The notes: a model not told the origin generated them from the letters alone. 64,000 nucleotides of DNA from Spiribacter sp. (GCA_965658695.1 CBFHTR010000002.1:58843-122842), one strand, 5' to 3'; shown: positions 34,655 to 44,471, counted from the first letter of the stretch. Made by a program: numbers and translations.

Positions 34655-35431
34655 CTAACGGACAATGCCGCGTTGTGAATCGCGAATAAAGGCGATAAGC
34701 GCGGCCACGGCGGAGTCATCGGCATGACTTTGCTCAATTTCGCTAATGGCCTGCTCAAGCCGTAGCCCGCGTTTGTAGAGAATGCGGTAGGCGTTACGAA
34801 GACGCTGCTGGGCCTGGGTGTCAAAGCCGTGGCGACGCAGCCCCTCACTGTTGGTGCCATGTGGCTCGGCAGGGTCACCGGATACCATAACCCAGGGCGG
34901 CACATCACGCCGGATGCAGCTGCCCATAGAGGTGAAGCAGCCACGGCCAAGCCGGCAGAACTGATGGACCAGTGTAAATCCGCCTAATGTCACGTCATCC
35001 TCAACACTGACATGACCGGCCAGCGACGCGCCATTGGCAAACACCGTCCCATTGCCGATATGACAGTCATGAGCGATATGCACATAAGCCATAATCCAGT
35101 TTTCATCGCCAATGCGGGTAACACCGCCGCCATCATCCGTGCCGCGGTTAATCGTCACGCACTCACGTATGGTATTGCCACGGCCAATCTCCAATCGGCT
35201 GTTCTCGCCGGCGAATTTTTTATCCTGTGGGATCGCGCCGACTGAGGCAAACTGGAAAATCCGACTACCTGCACCGATATGACTAGGCCCCTGCACCAGG
35301 GCATGCGGGCCAATCCAGCAGTCGGCTTCAATCGTGACCTGGTCCCCAATCACTGCATACGGGCCAACCTCGACACCCGCGGCAATTTTGGCCCCGGGGT
35401 CAACAATGGCTGTGGGATGGATCGCGCTCAC
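34655..35431 (-). CDS. lpxA: Canonical UDP-GlcNAc O-acyltransferase
   Basis: GTG start overlapping the fabZ stop; IHPTAIVDP, PQDKKF, MAYVHIAHD, HQF, FTSMGS, RGIVR; canonical fabZ-lpxA-lpxB position. Confidence 0.96.
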   Translation of the reverse strand: MSAIHPTAIVDPGAKIAAGVEVGPYAVIGDQVTIEADCWIGPHALVQGPSHIGAGSRIFQFASVGAIPQDKKFAGENSRLEIGRGNTIRECVTINRGTDDGGGVTRIGDENWIMAYVHIAHDCHIGNGTVFANGASLAGHVSVEDDVTLGGFTLVHQFCRLGRGCFTSMGSCIRRDVPPWVMVSGDPAEPHGTNSEGLRRHGFDTQAQQRLRNAYRILYKRGLRLEQAISEIEQSHADDSAVAALIAFIRDSQRGIVR

Positions 35432-35892
35432 ATCTCCCTCATGGTGCAGCGGATCCCGGCACTGGCGGCAAGCGCACCGTCTACCTCCGCGCGTACGCTG
35501 AATAGCCAAATGCCCCGCACAACTCGATCGAGCGTGGCCTTGAGCTCAAGGATATCGCCCGGACCAACGGGTCGTTTAAAGCGTGCCTCGTCAACGCCTA
35601 CCAGGTAGAAGAGCGGTGCCTCAGGGGGCATTTGCGCATCAGGCTGTGCCTCACGCGTGACAAAAGCCAATAGTCCACACGACTGTGCCATCGCCTCGAC
35701 AATCAATACGCCAGGCATAATGGCCTGCTGCGGGAAGTGCCCGGTCACCCAGGGCTCATTCGCCGTGACATTTTTCACGGCCGTTAAGGATTCCCCCGGA
35801 GTGAAGTCGGTTACTCGATCAACAAGTAAAAACGGGTAGCGATGCGGCAGGCGGCGCTTGATCCCCTCGATATCAATGGTCTGATTGATCAT
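35428..35892 (-). CDS. fabZ: 3-hydroxyacyl-ACP dehydratase
   Basis: LPHRYPFLLVD, GHFP, MPGVLIVEAMAQ, RFKRPV.PGD. Confidence 0.97.
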   Translation of the reverse strand: MINQTIDIEGIKRRLPHRYPFLLVDRVTDFTPGESLTAVKNVTANEPWVTGHFPQQAIMPGVLIVEAMAQSCGLLAFVTREAQPDAQMPPEAPLFYLVGVDEARFKRPVGPGDILELKATLDRVVRGIWLFSVRAEVDGALAASAGIRCTMREM

Positions 35893-36931
35893 TCTTCTCC
35901 CCTGTTTGGCTCAGACGCTGCTCGAGCGCCTCAATCCGCCGCGCCATTTCTTCCAACTGACGAAAACGCACCGCATTGCGCCGCCATTCACGATTTGGTG
36001 CTGCCGGCACGCCGGAGGAATAAACGCCCGACTCGCGAATATGACCGGTCACCATGCTCATGCCTGTGAACGTGGAATGGTCAGCAATCTCTAAATGCCC
36101 GGCAAAACCTACCTGCCCCCCAATGCTGCAATACTGCCCGATGCGCGTACTGCCTGAAATCCCGCTGCCAGCAGCAATCACCGTATGCGCGCCAATCTGG
36201 ACGTTATGGGCAACCTGAACCAGGTTATCGATTTTACAGCCGGTCTCGATTCGCGTGTCATCCTGAGCACCACGGTCAATGCTGGTATTGCTGCCCAGCG
36301 AGACATCATCAGCAATGAAAACGCTACCAAGCTGCGGCACAGCCTCCCAATGATCACCTGCGTGAGCGAAGCCAAACCCGTCACTGCCAATGACCACTCC
36401 CGGATGCACCTGCACCCGATTACCCAAAGTGGCCGCAGCGATAATCGTGACATTTGGGCCAATCCAGGCATCCTCGCCAATTGTGACGCCCGGGCCAATC
36501 ACCGTGCCTGCGCCGATAATACTGCGGGCACCAATGATGGCACGCTCACCAATAACAGCCTGCGCCCCAATTTCGACCTCTACGCCTATCACCGCATCAG
36601 CTGCAACAGCAGCGGTTGCATGAACACCGGCATCCGGCTGCGGGAGGGGGTTGAGTGCGCGTGAGATGCGAGCAAAGGCAAGATAGGGGTTCTCGTTACA
36701 AAGCCGGGCGAAATTGGCATCCGGTGCAAGCTCTGCATCCGCAAGAATCACCGCACTGGCATGAGTATCGGCCAGCTGGCGACGGTACCGCGGATTAGCC
36801 AGAAAGCTGATTGCGCCGGGCTCCGCAGCCGTCAGTGTCGCAACCCGATCGATCTGAAGATCCGCAGGCCCGAGAAGCGTGCTGGCAGTCAACTCAGCGA
36901 GCTCATCCAACCTGTAGACCCGTTTGCTCAC
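35873..36931 (-). CDS. lpxD: UDP-3-O-(3-hydroxyacyl)glucosamine N-acyltransferase
   Basis: ISFL.N.RY, NPY, IGSDGFG, VPQLG, IDRG, KIDNLVQVAHNV, TGMSMV. Confidence 0.97.
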   Translation of the reverse strand: MSKRVYRLDELAELTASTLLGPADLQIDRVATLTAAEPGAISFLANPRYRRQLADTHASAVILADAELAPDANFARLCNENPYLAFARISRALNPLPQPDAGVHATAAVAADAVIGVEVEIGAQAVIGERAIIGARSIIGAGTVIGPGVTIGEDAWIGPNVTIIAAATLGNRVQVHPGVVIGSDGFGFAHAGDHWEAVPQLGSVFIADDVSLGSNTSIDRGAQDDTRIETGCKIDNLVQVAHNVQIGAHTVIAAGSGISGSTRIGQYCSIGGQVGFAGHLEIADHSTFTGMSMVTGHIRESGVYSSGVPAAPNREWRRNAVRFRQLEEMARRIEALEQRLSQTGEKNDQSDH

Positions 36932-36943
36932 GCAGCGCCTCCC

Positions 36944-37477
36944 CTACTCCGGCGCGCTTTGCTGCTCGTGTTGCAGACGCAGTCGCTCAATAATGCGGTC
37001 GGTAATGTTGACGGCCTCGCTGGCGAACACCACTCCGTCACTCACCACCAGGTCAAATCCCTCATCCCGGGCAAACTGTTCAACCACCTGCAGAATGCGC
37101 CGCTGCAGGTTACCCAGCGCCTCGTTGCGACGCAGGTTGAAGTCCTCACGGAAGGCTTCCTGCTGGCGCTGTATCTCTCGACGACGGGTAACAATCTCTC
37201 GCTGCAGCTCCTGCTCGGCCTCCGGTGAAATCGTCAGCCGCTGTTCGGCCAGCCGGTCTTCAAGCGCCCGCAGCGCATCCTGCATTTCCACAATGCGCGC
37301 ATCGCGTGGCGCGAACTCCTGCTGCAGCTGCTCCCGGGCAGCATCCGCCTGTGGCGCCTCATCAGAGACCCGTCCGGGATTGACGTAACCAATGCGCAGA
37401 TCGCCGGCAAGCTGGGCGTAGCTGCTGCCCGCGGCCATTAAAAGCACAAGACCAAGACAAAGACGGCGCAACAGCAT
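36944..37477 (-). CDS. skp: Periplasmic chaperone Skp/OmpH
   Basis: Signal peptide, RIGYVN, long coiled coil, GFDLV...NITD; between bamA and lpxD. Confidence 0.92.
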   Translation of the reverse strand: MLLRRLCLGLVLLMAAGSSYAQLAGDLRIGYVNPGRVSDEAPQADAAREQLQQEFAPRDARIVEMQDALRALEDRLAEQRLTISPEAEQELQREIVTRRREIQRQQEAFREDFNLRRNEALGNLQRRILQVVEQFARDEGFDLVVSDGVVFASEAVNITDRIIERLRLQHEQQSAPE

Positions 37478-39762
37478 TAAAAGAAGGCTCCAATGGTGAA
37501 TTGGAAGAACTGGGTTTCGTCTTCCGCTTCTTCATTCAGCGGACGGGCCACGCTCATCGTCAACGGCCCAATCGGCGAGTAATAGACCAGACCCAAACCG
37601 GCGGCATAACGTAAATCGCTCACGCTGATATCACCATCCGGGCCGGTTTCCTCGCGATCCCAGACCTGCCCGGCATCAATAAATGTGGACATACGCAGGT
37701 TATTGCCCTCATCGTCCTGCGCGATTGGGAATCGTACCTCGGCCCTGCCCAGGGCGCGGAAGTTACCGCCGGTAGGGTCATCATTCTCATCACGCGGCCC
37801 CAGCGAATTGCGCTCAAAGCCACGCAAGGTGGTAATACCACCGGCATAGAAATTCTCATAAAACGGCAGGCGGTCGGTATCACCATAGGCATCGCCGTAG
37901 GCAAGGCTGCCATCCAAGACAAGGGTAAAGCGCTCGGTCAGCCCGACATACCGCGACTGTTCATAAGTTAAGCGGTAATACTCAAGATCGGAGGCGCCCG
38001 GGATCGCCGCTTCCAAACGGGTCTGCTGGCGTGCGCCCTGGGTGGGGAAGATGGCGCGATTACGCGTATCCCGTGTCCAGGCCAGATTGGTGCGAATCAC
38101 CTGATTACCCGAACCGTTATTCTGCTCAAACTGCTCTTGCAGATCGGTGGGGGTATTGAAATTCAACGTGACATCATCAAATTCCAAATCGATACCGATA
38201 CGGTCATTGGCCGTCACTGGGATGCGATAACCATAGGAGGCCGTTGCAGTCTCCAATCCGTAATCCGCCAAATCCGCCTCATCGGCGTCCCGGTCACGGA
38301 ATGAGAGCGCCCAGCGCCGGTCGATCCCGCTCATGGTGTGGTTACGCTCTAAATAAGAGATGCGATAGAGCGTATCGGAGTCATCGCTATTGGCGACAAA
38401 CTCCGCCCGGTCACCGGTGCCAAAGACATTATCCTGCTGAATACCCAGGCTCAGGATTACGCCCTGGTCACTGCCAAAGCCAACGCCCGCACGAATACTG
38501 CCAGACAGCCGTTCGGTGGCATTCACCTCCACATCCACTTGATCGGTAGTACCGGGGACACGCGGTGTATCGATGCTGATGTCGCCAAAAAAGCCCAAGC
38601 GCCCCAAACGCGATTCCGATTCACGCAGATCGCTAGTGGATAGCCAGGTGCCCTCAAATTGGCGCAATTCCGTGCGGATCACATCGTCTCGGGTGGTTTC
38701 GTTGCCACTGATGCGGATGCGACGCACGTAGACCCGCTCTGCAGGGTCCACAAAAAATGTCAGATCCACCTCACGATCGGACTCGCGCAGCTCCGGTAAT
38801 GGATTAATCCGGGCAAAGGCATAACCACGCTCGCCAAGCTTCTCCCGTAACGCCTCGACCGTACGGGTAATCGAGCGTTGATTAAACACCTCGCCACTTT
38901 CAATCTGGAGCAAGGGCCGAAGCTCGGATTCCGGATAGATCAAATCGCCAGCCAGCGCGATATCGCCCACGCTGTACTGCACACCCTCATCCAGATTGAC
39001 GGTCACGTGAATACGCTGGCGATCGGGGCTGATTGTGACCTGTGTGGACTCTACCTGAAAATCGGCATAGCCACGGTCACGATAGAACGCACTCAAGCGC
39101 TCAAGATCGGCGGCCAGACGCTCGCGGGAGTATTTATCGCGATTGGAAAGAAATGCCCACCAGGGTTTCGGGCCCATCTGGAATTGATCACGCAGTCGAT
39201 CGGTATCGAAATCGCGATTGCCGATAAACCGAATAGGCTCGACTGAGGCAGGTTCTCCCTCCTCGATATCGAGCCGCAGGCTTACGCGATTGCGCGGCAG
39301 GGGCGAGACCGTGCTATCGACATCAATATCGTAATAACCAAGGGCAAAGTACTGCTGCTCGAGCTCGCGCTCGATGGTGGCCAATAACGAGCGGTCAAAG
39401 CTCTGGCCTTCACCAAGGCCAGCACCGGCAAGGCCGTCGCGCAGTCGATCACCGGCGATGGCGTCATTGCCAATAAACTCAATTCGCGCAATTGCTGGCC
39501 GCTCACGGACTTCGATAATAAGCGCATCGTCTTCACGCAGAAGCTGCACGTCATCAAAGAAACCGGTATCAAAGAGCGCTTCGAGGGCATCGGCACTACG
39601 CGAGGAATCAAGCTCATCACCCGCCTCTAGCGGGAGATAATTCAGCACTGTGCCTTCGGTAATCCGCTCGAGTCCGCGTATGCGTATTTCCTCGATCGTG
39701 AACGCCTGGGCGGTTCCCATTAGCAGAGTCAAGATCAGTAGTGCGGCCAGTCTCATTCGCAT
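37477..39762 (-). CDS. bamA: Outer-membrane protein assembly factor BamA
   Basis: POTRA repeats, GNETTRDDVIR, FYAGG..TLRGF, SPIGP, C-terminal FQFTIGAFF. Confidence 0.97.
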   Translation of the reverse strand: MRMRLAALLILTLLMGTAQAFTIEEIRIRGLERITEGTVLNYLPLEAGDELDSSRSADALEALFDTGFFDDVQLLREDDALIIEVRERPAIARIEFIGNDAIAGDRLRDGLAGAGLGEGQSFDRSLLATIERELEQQYFALGYYDIDVDSTVSPLPRNRVSLRLDIEEGEPASVEPIRFIGNRDFDTDRLRDQFQMGPKPWWAFLSNRDKYSRERLAADLERLSAFYRDRGYADFQVESTQVTISPDRQRIHVTVNLDEGVQYSVGDIALAGDLIYPESELRPLLQIESGEVFNQRSITRTVEALREKLGERGYAFARINPLPELRESDREVDLTFFVDPAERVYVRRIRISGNETTRDDVIRTELRQFEGTWLSTSDLRESESRLGRLGFFGDISIDTPRVPGTTDQVDVEVNATERLSGSIRAGVGFGSDQGVILSLGIQQDNVFGTGDRAEFVANSDDSDTLYRISYLERNHTMSGIDRRWALSFRDRDADEADLADYGLETATASYGYRIPVTANDRIGIDLEFDDVTLNFNTPTDLQEQFEQNNGSGNQVIRTNLAWTRDTRNRAIFPTQGARQQTRLEAAIPGASDLEYYRLTYEQSRYVGLTERFTLVLDGSLAYGDAYGDTDRLPFYENFYAGGITTLRGFERNSLGPRDENDDPTGGNFRALGRAEVRFPIAQDDEGNNLRMSTFIDAGQVWDREETGPDGDISVSDLRYAAGLGLVYYSPIGPLTMSVARPLNEEAEDETQFFQFTIGAFF

Positions 39763-39777
39763 TATCAGCCCTTTGCT

Positions 39778-41145
39778 TCAGCTCCCGGCGCCAAATAGAC
39801 GATACAGGTCGTTGTAGAATGCAAGCCCCATCAACATGAACAAAAGCGCCATTCCAATTTGTTGCCCGAATCCCTGGGCCGATTCGGATAATGGCCGCCC
39901 CCGCACCCATTCGATGAAGTTGTAGAGCAGATGCCCGCCATCGAGTACGGGCACCGGCATTAGATTAAGGATACCAAGACTAATGCTGACAATCGCGAGA
40001 AACTTCAGAAAGGGAATAATTCCAAGCGATACGGAGTCGCCCGCGTATTGCGCAATATTAATCGGGCCGCTGAGATTCTTCACCGAGGCTTCGCCAACGA
40101 CCATCTTCACCAAGACATCAATGGTGAGTGTTGACGCCCGCCAACTGGCCGCAACAGCTTTGGGCACAGATTCAAAGACGCCGTAACGAACCTCATGGCG
40201 CATCGACTCAAAAAGCCCATCCGGCACCCTGGGTGTGACACCCAAAACACCAATGCGCGATGCGCCTTCGCCACGGCCCTGTAGCTGCACCGACAGCGTC
40301 ACTGGCTCGCCCGCACGCATTACCGTGACATTAGCTGCCTGATCGGCAAGCGGGCGTATGATCCGCACCAGTGCCGTCCAGCTATCAATATCACGATTAT
40401 TCACCGCCGTTATTCGGTCACCAGAGCGCAGCCCAGCCTCCGCGGCCGCCCCGCCCGCGACAACTTCATTGACGATTGGCTCAATCGTTGGCTGCCAGGG
40501 TGTCAAGCCAATAATGTTAAGCACCTCACCTTCTTCGTCAAACAGGCGCTGGCCAGCGAGGTCAAGCATGACCGTGGCTTCTGCTCCGCTGCCACGTCGC
40601 ACATGCACCGGAATCGGGTCATCGCCAGCGGCATCTAGGAGCGCGACAATCGCTTGATCCCAGGCATCCACTTCAACTCGATCAACACGCAGCAGCTCGT
40701 CGCCCTCGGCGAGCCCCGCCTCAGCCGCCGGGCTTTCAGGGATTACTGGGCCAAGCACCGGGCGTAACTCCGTCGCACCGATGACAAAAACCAGCCAATA
40801 GGCAATGATCGCAAGCGCGAAGTTGAACATCGGGCCGGCAAGGATGACGGCATTCCGCGCCCAAAGGGGTTTTTGATTAAACGCCTGACTTTGCTCGCTG
40901 GCCTCAACTGGCGCTTCCCGCTCATCCAGCATCTTGACGTAACCGCCAAGCGGAATGGCCGCAAGAACATACTCGGTGCCATCCTGGCCAGTGCGCTTGA
41001 GTAAGGGCTGGCCAAAACCTACTGAAAAGCGCAGGACCTTGACCCCAACGCGTCTCGCCACCCAAAAATGTCCAAACTCGTGCACGGTCACGAGCACGCC
41101 GATGACCAGCAGGAAACCGATAATGTTAATTAGCCAGTCCATCAT
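39778..41145 (-). CDS. rseP: Intramembrane protease RseP
   Basis: HEFGH, FSVGFG, PLGGYVKM, AGP..N, two PDZ domains, NLMPVPVLDGGH. Confidence 0.97.
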   Translation of the reverse strand: MMDWLINIIGFLLVIGVLVTVHEFGHFWVARRVGVKVLRFSVGFGQPLLKRTGQDGTEYVLAAIPLGGYVKMLDEREAPVEASEQSQAFNQKPLWARNAVILAGPMFNFALAIIAYWLVFVIGATELRPVLGPVIPESPAAEAGLAEGDELLRVDRVEVDAWDQAIVALLDAAGDDPIPVHVRRGSGAEATVMLDLAGQRLFDEEGEVLNIIGLTPWQPTIEPIVNEVVAGGAAAEAGLRSGDRITAVNNRDIDSWTALVRIIRPLADQAANVTVMRAGEPVTLSVQLQGRGEGASRIGVLGVTPRVPDGLFESMRHEVRYGVFESVPKAVAASWRASTLTIDVLVKMVVGEASVKNLSGPINIAQYAGDSVSLGIIPFLKFLAIVSISLGILNLMPVPVLDGGHLLYNFIEWVRGRPLSESAQGFGQQIGMALLFMLMGLAFYNDLYRLFGAGS

Positions 41146-42332
41146 CGACCCTCACCTGCCAGCAGCGTTTGTGCCTGGCGTTTTGCCTCGGATTCTTGTG
41201 CCATTAACCCCTCAAGCGTTGGCGCACTCGGACTGTCCACCCGCCCAAGCGTTTCTTCAATCAGCCCTGCAATTCGATCAAAGCGCAAAGTGCCTTGCAG
41301 AAATGCCGCCACTGCCACCTCGTTGGCGGCATTCAGCACTGCCGTGGCAGCCTGTCCAGCTGCAAGCGCCTGACGAGCGAGGCCCAGGCATGGGAAACGC
41401 TTTGCATCCGGCTGTTCAAACTGCAGCTGCCCGGCGCTGATCAAATCAAGCGGCTGTACACCCGCGGTAATCCGCTCCGGCCAGGCAAGCGCATGCGCTA
41501 TTGGCGTGCGCATATCCGGATTTCCCATTTCTGCGAGCATCGAACCATCCCGATACTGTACCAGCGCATGAACTAAACTTTGTGGGTGCACCACCACATC
41601 CACCTGCTCGCCAGCAATACCAAAAAACCGCGCAGCCTCGATGACCTCAAGCCCCTTGTTCATCATGGTGGCTGAATCAACAGAAATCTTCCGACCCATC
41701 GACCAGTTTGGATGCCGGCATGCCTCCTCAACCGTAATGGCTGAGAATGTAGACGGATCGCGAGTGCGGAAAGGCCCGCCCGAGGCGGTAAGTATTAAGC
41801 GCTCAACACCGCAGCCCTCCAAGCCGCGCGAATAGTCCGCAGGCAAAAGCTGGAAAATACCATTGTGCTCGCTATCAATAGGCAGCACTGTGGCCTGACA
41901 GCGCCGCGCCTCGGCCATCAAAAGCTCTCCGGCCACCACCAATGGCTCTTTATTGGCCAGCAATAATCGTTTTCCAGCCCGGACGGCCGCCAGACAGGGC
42001 GCAAGCCCGACAGAGCCGACAATCCCTGCGACGATGGTATCTACCTCAGATAACGCGGCGGCCTCTGCAATGGCCTTGGCGCCAACCATGACTTCGGTAT
42101 TGGGCAAATCGGCAATTTCACCCGCCAATGCCGCGCCAGCCTCAACATCCGCCATCACCGCAAGCTGGGGATGGTGCCGCCGACATAACCGCGCCATCTC
42201 CGCAACATTGCTGGCTGCGGTGAGGACAGCCACGCGAAAACGCTCGGGGTGACGTGTTATGACATCCAGCGTACTTCGACCAATCGAACCCGTTGCACCG
42301 AGCAGGCAAATGCTTTGACGGGTATCGCTCAT
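41142..42332 (-). CDS. dxr: 1-deoxy-D-xylulose-5-phosphate reductoisomerase
   Basis: LGATGSIG, LANKE, PIDSEH, TASGGPF, HPNWSMG.KISVDSATMMNKGLE. Confidence 0.98.
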   Translation of the reverse strand: MSDTRQSICLLGATGSIGRSTLDVITRHPERFRVAVLTAASNVAEMARLCRRHHPQLAVMADVEAGAALAGEIADLPNTEVMVGAKAIAEAAALSEVDTIVAGIVGSVGLAPCLAAVRAGKRLLLANKEPLVVAGELLMAEARRCQATVLPIDSEHNGIFQLLPADYSRGLEGCGVERLILTASGGPFRTRDPSTFSAITVEEACRHPNWSMGRKISVDSATMMNKGLEVIEAARFFGIAGEQVDVVVHPQSLVHALVQYRDGSMLAEMGNPDMRTPIAHALAWPERITAGVQPLDLISAGQLQFEQPDAKRFPCLGLARQALAAGQAATAVLNAANEVAVAAFLQGTLRFDRIAGLIEETLGRVDSPSAPTLEGLMAQESEAKRQAQTLLAGEGR

Positions 42333-43153
42333 GACACCCTCGTCAACGCCATCGCCAGCACCGGAGCGGCTGCCAGCAGCGCATCCACGCGATCCAGCAC
42401 CCCGCCGTGCCCCGGGAGCAAATGCCCGCTGTCCTTGGCCCCAATCTGGCGCTTGAGCAGACTCTCAGCCAAGTCACCCACTACAGAAAAGCCAATCACC
42501 ATGACACAGACCGGGAGTACCCAGCTGATGCTGGGTAGCGCTAGGCCCTGCAAGCTCCCCGCTGCATAAATGAGTAACGCAATGATCACTCCAATGAGTA
42601 GCCCACCCGCGAAACCCTCCCAGGTTTTACCGGGGCTGATGGCAGGCGCTAGCGAGTGATGCCCCCAGCGTCTGCCGCTAAAAAAGGCGCCAGTATCACT
42701 CCCCCAAACCAGCGCAAAGAGCAACGTCAGCCAGAAAGCCCCCTGCGCTGATATTGCGTGGAGGCTTGTGAGGCTTGCCCAAGCCAATACCAGCGTCAAC
42801 ACACCTGCGATCAGGCGCAGCCAGCGCGGTAACGCGCGGGGCTTTTCCACCCGCGACTGCGACGTAACCCACAATGCGATCGCCAACCACCATAAAAACC
42901 CTGGGACGGCCCATCGATCATCGAGGTGAAAGTCACTGAAATAGATGGCTGATACACAACCGGCAATGATCAGGACATAAAATGTGTTGCGGGCCAAAGA
43001 AAGCCCACAGAGCCGACCCCATTCCCAGGCACCGAGCAGCGTAATGACCGCAAAACCAAGGGCCAGCCAATAATTATCCAACCACCAGATTGCCGCCAGT
43101 GCAGCCGCGGCGAGCGGCAAGGCCGTTGCCACGCGCCGACTAACCTGTCCCAT
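42329..43153 (-). CDS. cdsA: Phosphatidate cytidylyltransferase
   Basis: WGSDTGAFF.G, ISPGKTWEG, GDLAES..KR..G.KDSG..LPGHGG.LDR.D; start chosen by RBS spacing. Confidence 0.95.
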   Translation of the reverse strand: MGQVSRRVATALPLAAAALAAIWWLDNYWLALGFAVITLLGAWEWGRLCGLSLARNTFYVLIIAGCVSAIYFSDFHLDDRWAVPGFLWWLAIALWVTSQSRVEKPRALPRWLRLIAGVLTLVLAWASLTSLHAISAQGAFWLTLLFALVWGSDTGAFFSGRRWGHHSLAPAISPGKTWEGFAGGLLIGVIIALLIYAAGSLQGLALPSISWVLPVCVMVIGFSVVGDLAESLLKRQIGAKDSGHLLPGHGGVLDRVDALLAAAPVLAMALTRVS

Positions 43154-43883
43154 GGCCTGCATCCTCCCGGCCAACCTGGCCGAAGCGCCGGTCGCGTGTT
43201 GCAAACCACTGTAATGCACGGGTCATCTCGCTGGCGTCAAAGTCCGGCCAGAGCACAGGCGTGAAATAGAGTTCGGTGTAGGCAAGCTGCCAGAGTAGGA
43301 AATTGCTGATGCGCTGCTCACCGCCAGTGCGCACAAAAAGATCAGGCTCCGGGAGCTCGTGCAAGCAAACCTCACTCGCCATCGCTGCCTCATCGATAGA
43401 CTCAAGGCTGCGTTCACCGGCAAGCGCTGCCTGGGCCAGTCGCCGAGCGGCCATCGCAATATCCCAGCGCCCGCCATAACTTGCTGCAATATTCAGCTGC
43501 ATGCGGGTGTTTTCCGCCGTTAGCGACTCTGCTGCTGCACAGCGCTCTTGTAGCCGTGGTGAGAGGCGGGAGCGATCTCCGATAATCGTCAGACGGATAC
43601 CGTTTTCATGCAGTTTGTCGGTTTCGCGCTCCAGCACCCGCATGAAAAGCTCCATGAGCATTTTCACCTCGGCGGCCGGGCGTTGCCAGTTTTCACTGCT
43701 AAAGGCGAAAAGCGTGAGCGATTCGACGCCGGCGCGAGCGCAGGTCTCAACGGCGGCGCGCACCGAATCGGCACCAGCGCGATGGCCATGGTGCCTCGGC
43801 TCTCCGTGACGGGCAGCCCAGCGTCCATTGCCATCCATGATGATGGCGACATGTTGGGGAATCGCCCGTGGTTGTTCAGTCAT
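43140..43883 (-). CDS. uppS: Undecaprenyl diphosphate synthase
   Basis: HVAIIMDGNGRWA, FSSENW.RP, SYGGR, RTGGEQRISNFLLWQ. Confidence 0.97.
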   Translation of the reverse strand: MTEQPRAIPQHVAIIMDGNGRWAARHGEPRHHGHRAGADSVRAAVETCARAGVESLTLFAFSSENWQRPAAEVKMLMELFMRVLERETDKLHENGIRLTIIGDRSRLSPRLQERCAAAESLTAENTRMQLNIAASYGGRWDIAMAARRLAQAALAGERSLESIDEAAMASEVCLHELPEPDLFVRTGGEQRISNFLLWQLAYTELYFTPVLWPDFDASEMTRALQWFATRDRRFGQVGREDAGHGTG

Positions 43884-43909
43884 TCCAATAAGCGCGCCGG
43901 CTGATGTTC

Positions 43910-44467
43910 CTAAACGGACATCAGCTCCTCTTCCTTGGCAGCAAGCAATTCATCGATTGCGTGGATATGTTTATCGGTGAGCTTTTGAATCTGATCCTCG
44001 GCCTGCTTGGCCTCGTCCTCAGTGATTTCCTTTTCCTTGAGAAGCTGTTTGAAATCGCCATTGGCATCCCGCCGAATATTGCGCACGGCGACTTTGGCCT
44101 GCTCACCCTCACCGCGCACAACTTTCACGAGTTCGCGCCGGCGCTCTTCGGTAAGCGGCGGCAAGGGGATGCGAATGGTCTGGCCGGCTGAGTTGGGTGT
44201 AAGCCCCAGGTTGGACTCCATGATGGCCTTCTCCACCGTAGCAATCATGCTCTTATCAAACGGCGTCACAGTGAGGGTGCGAGAGTCCGCCACTCCCACA
44301 GAAGCCGCTTGATTCAGTGGCACCTCTGAACCGTAATAATCCACGCTCACTTGATCCAGCAGACTGGTGTGGGCACGGCCTGTGCGGATTTTATGCAGAT
44401 CCTGATTCAGGCTCTCCACACTTTTTGCCATACGGGAGTCCGCATCACGGGTAATGTCATCAATCAT
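43910..44467 (-). CDS. frr: Ribosome recycling factor
   Basis: [32 protein letters not shown]. Confidence 0.97.
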   Translation of the reverse strand: MIDDITRDADSRMAKSVESLNQDLHKIRTGRAHTSLLDQVSVDYYGSEVPLNQAASVGVADSRTLTVTPFDKSMIATVEKAIMESNLGLTPNSAGQTIRIPLPPLTEERRRELVKVVRGEGEQAKVAVRNIRRDANGDFKQLLKEKEITEDEAKQAEDQIQKLTDKHIHAIDELLAAKEEELMSV

Positions 44468-44471
44468 TTCG

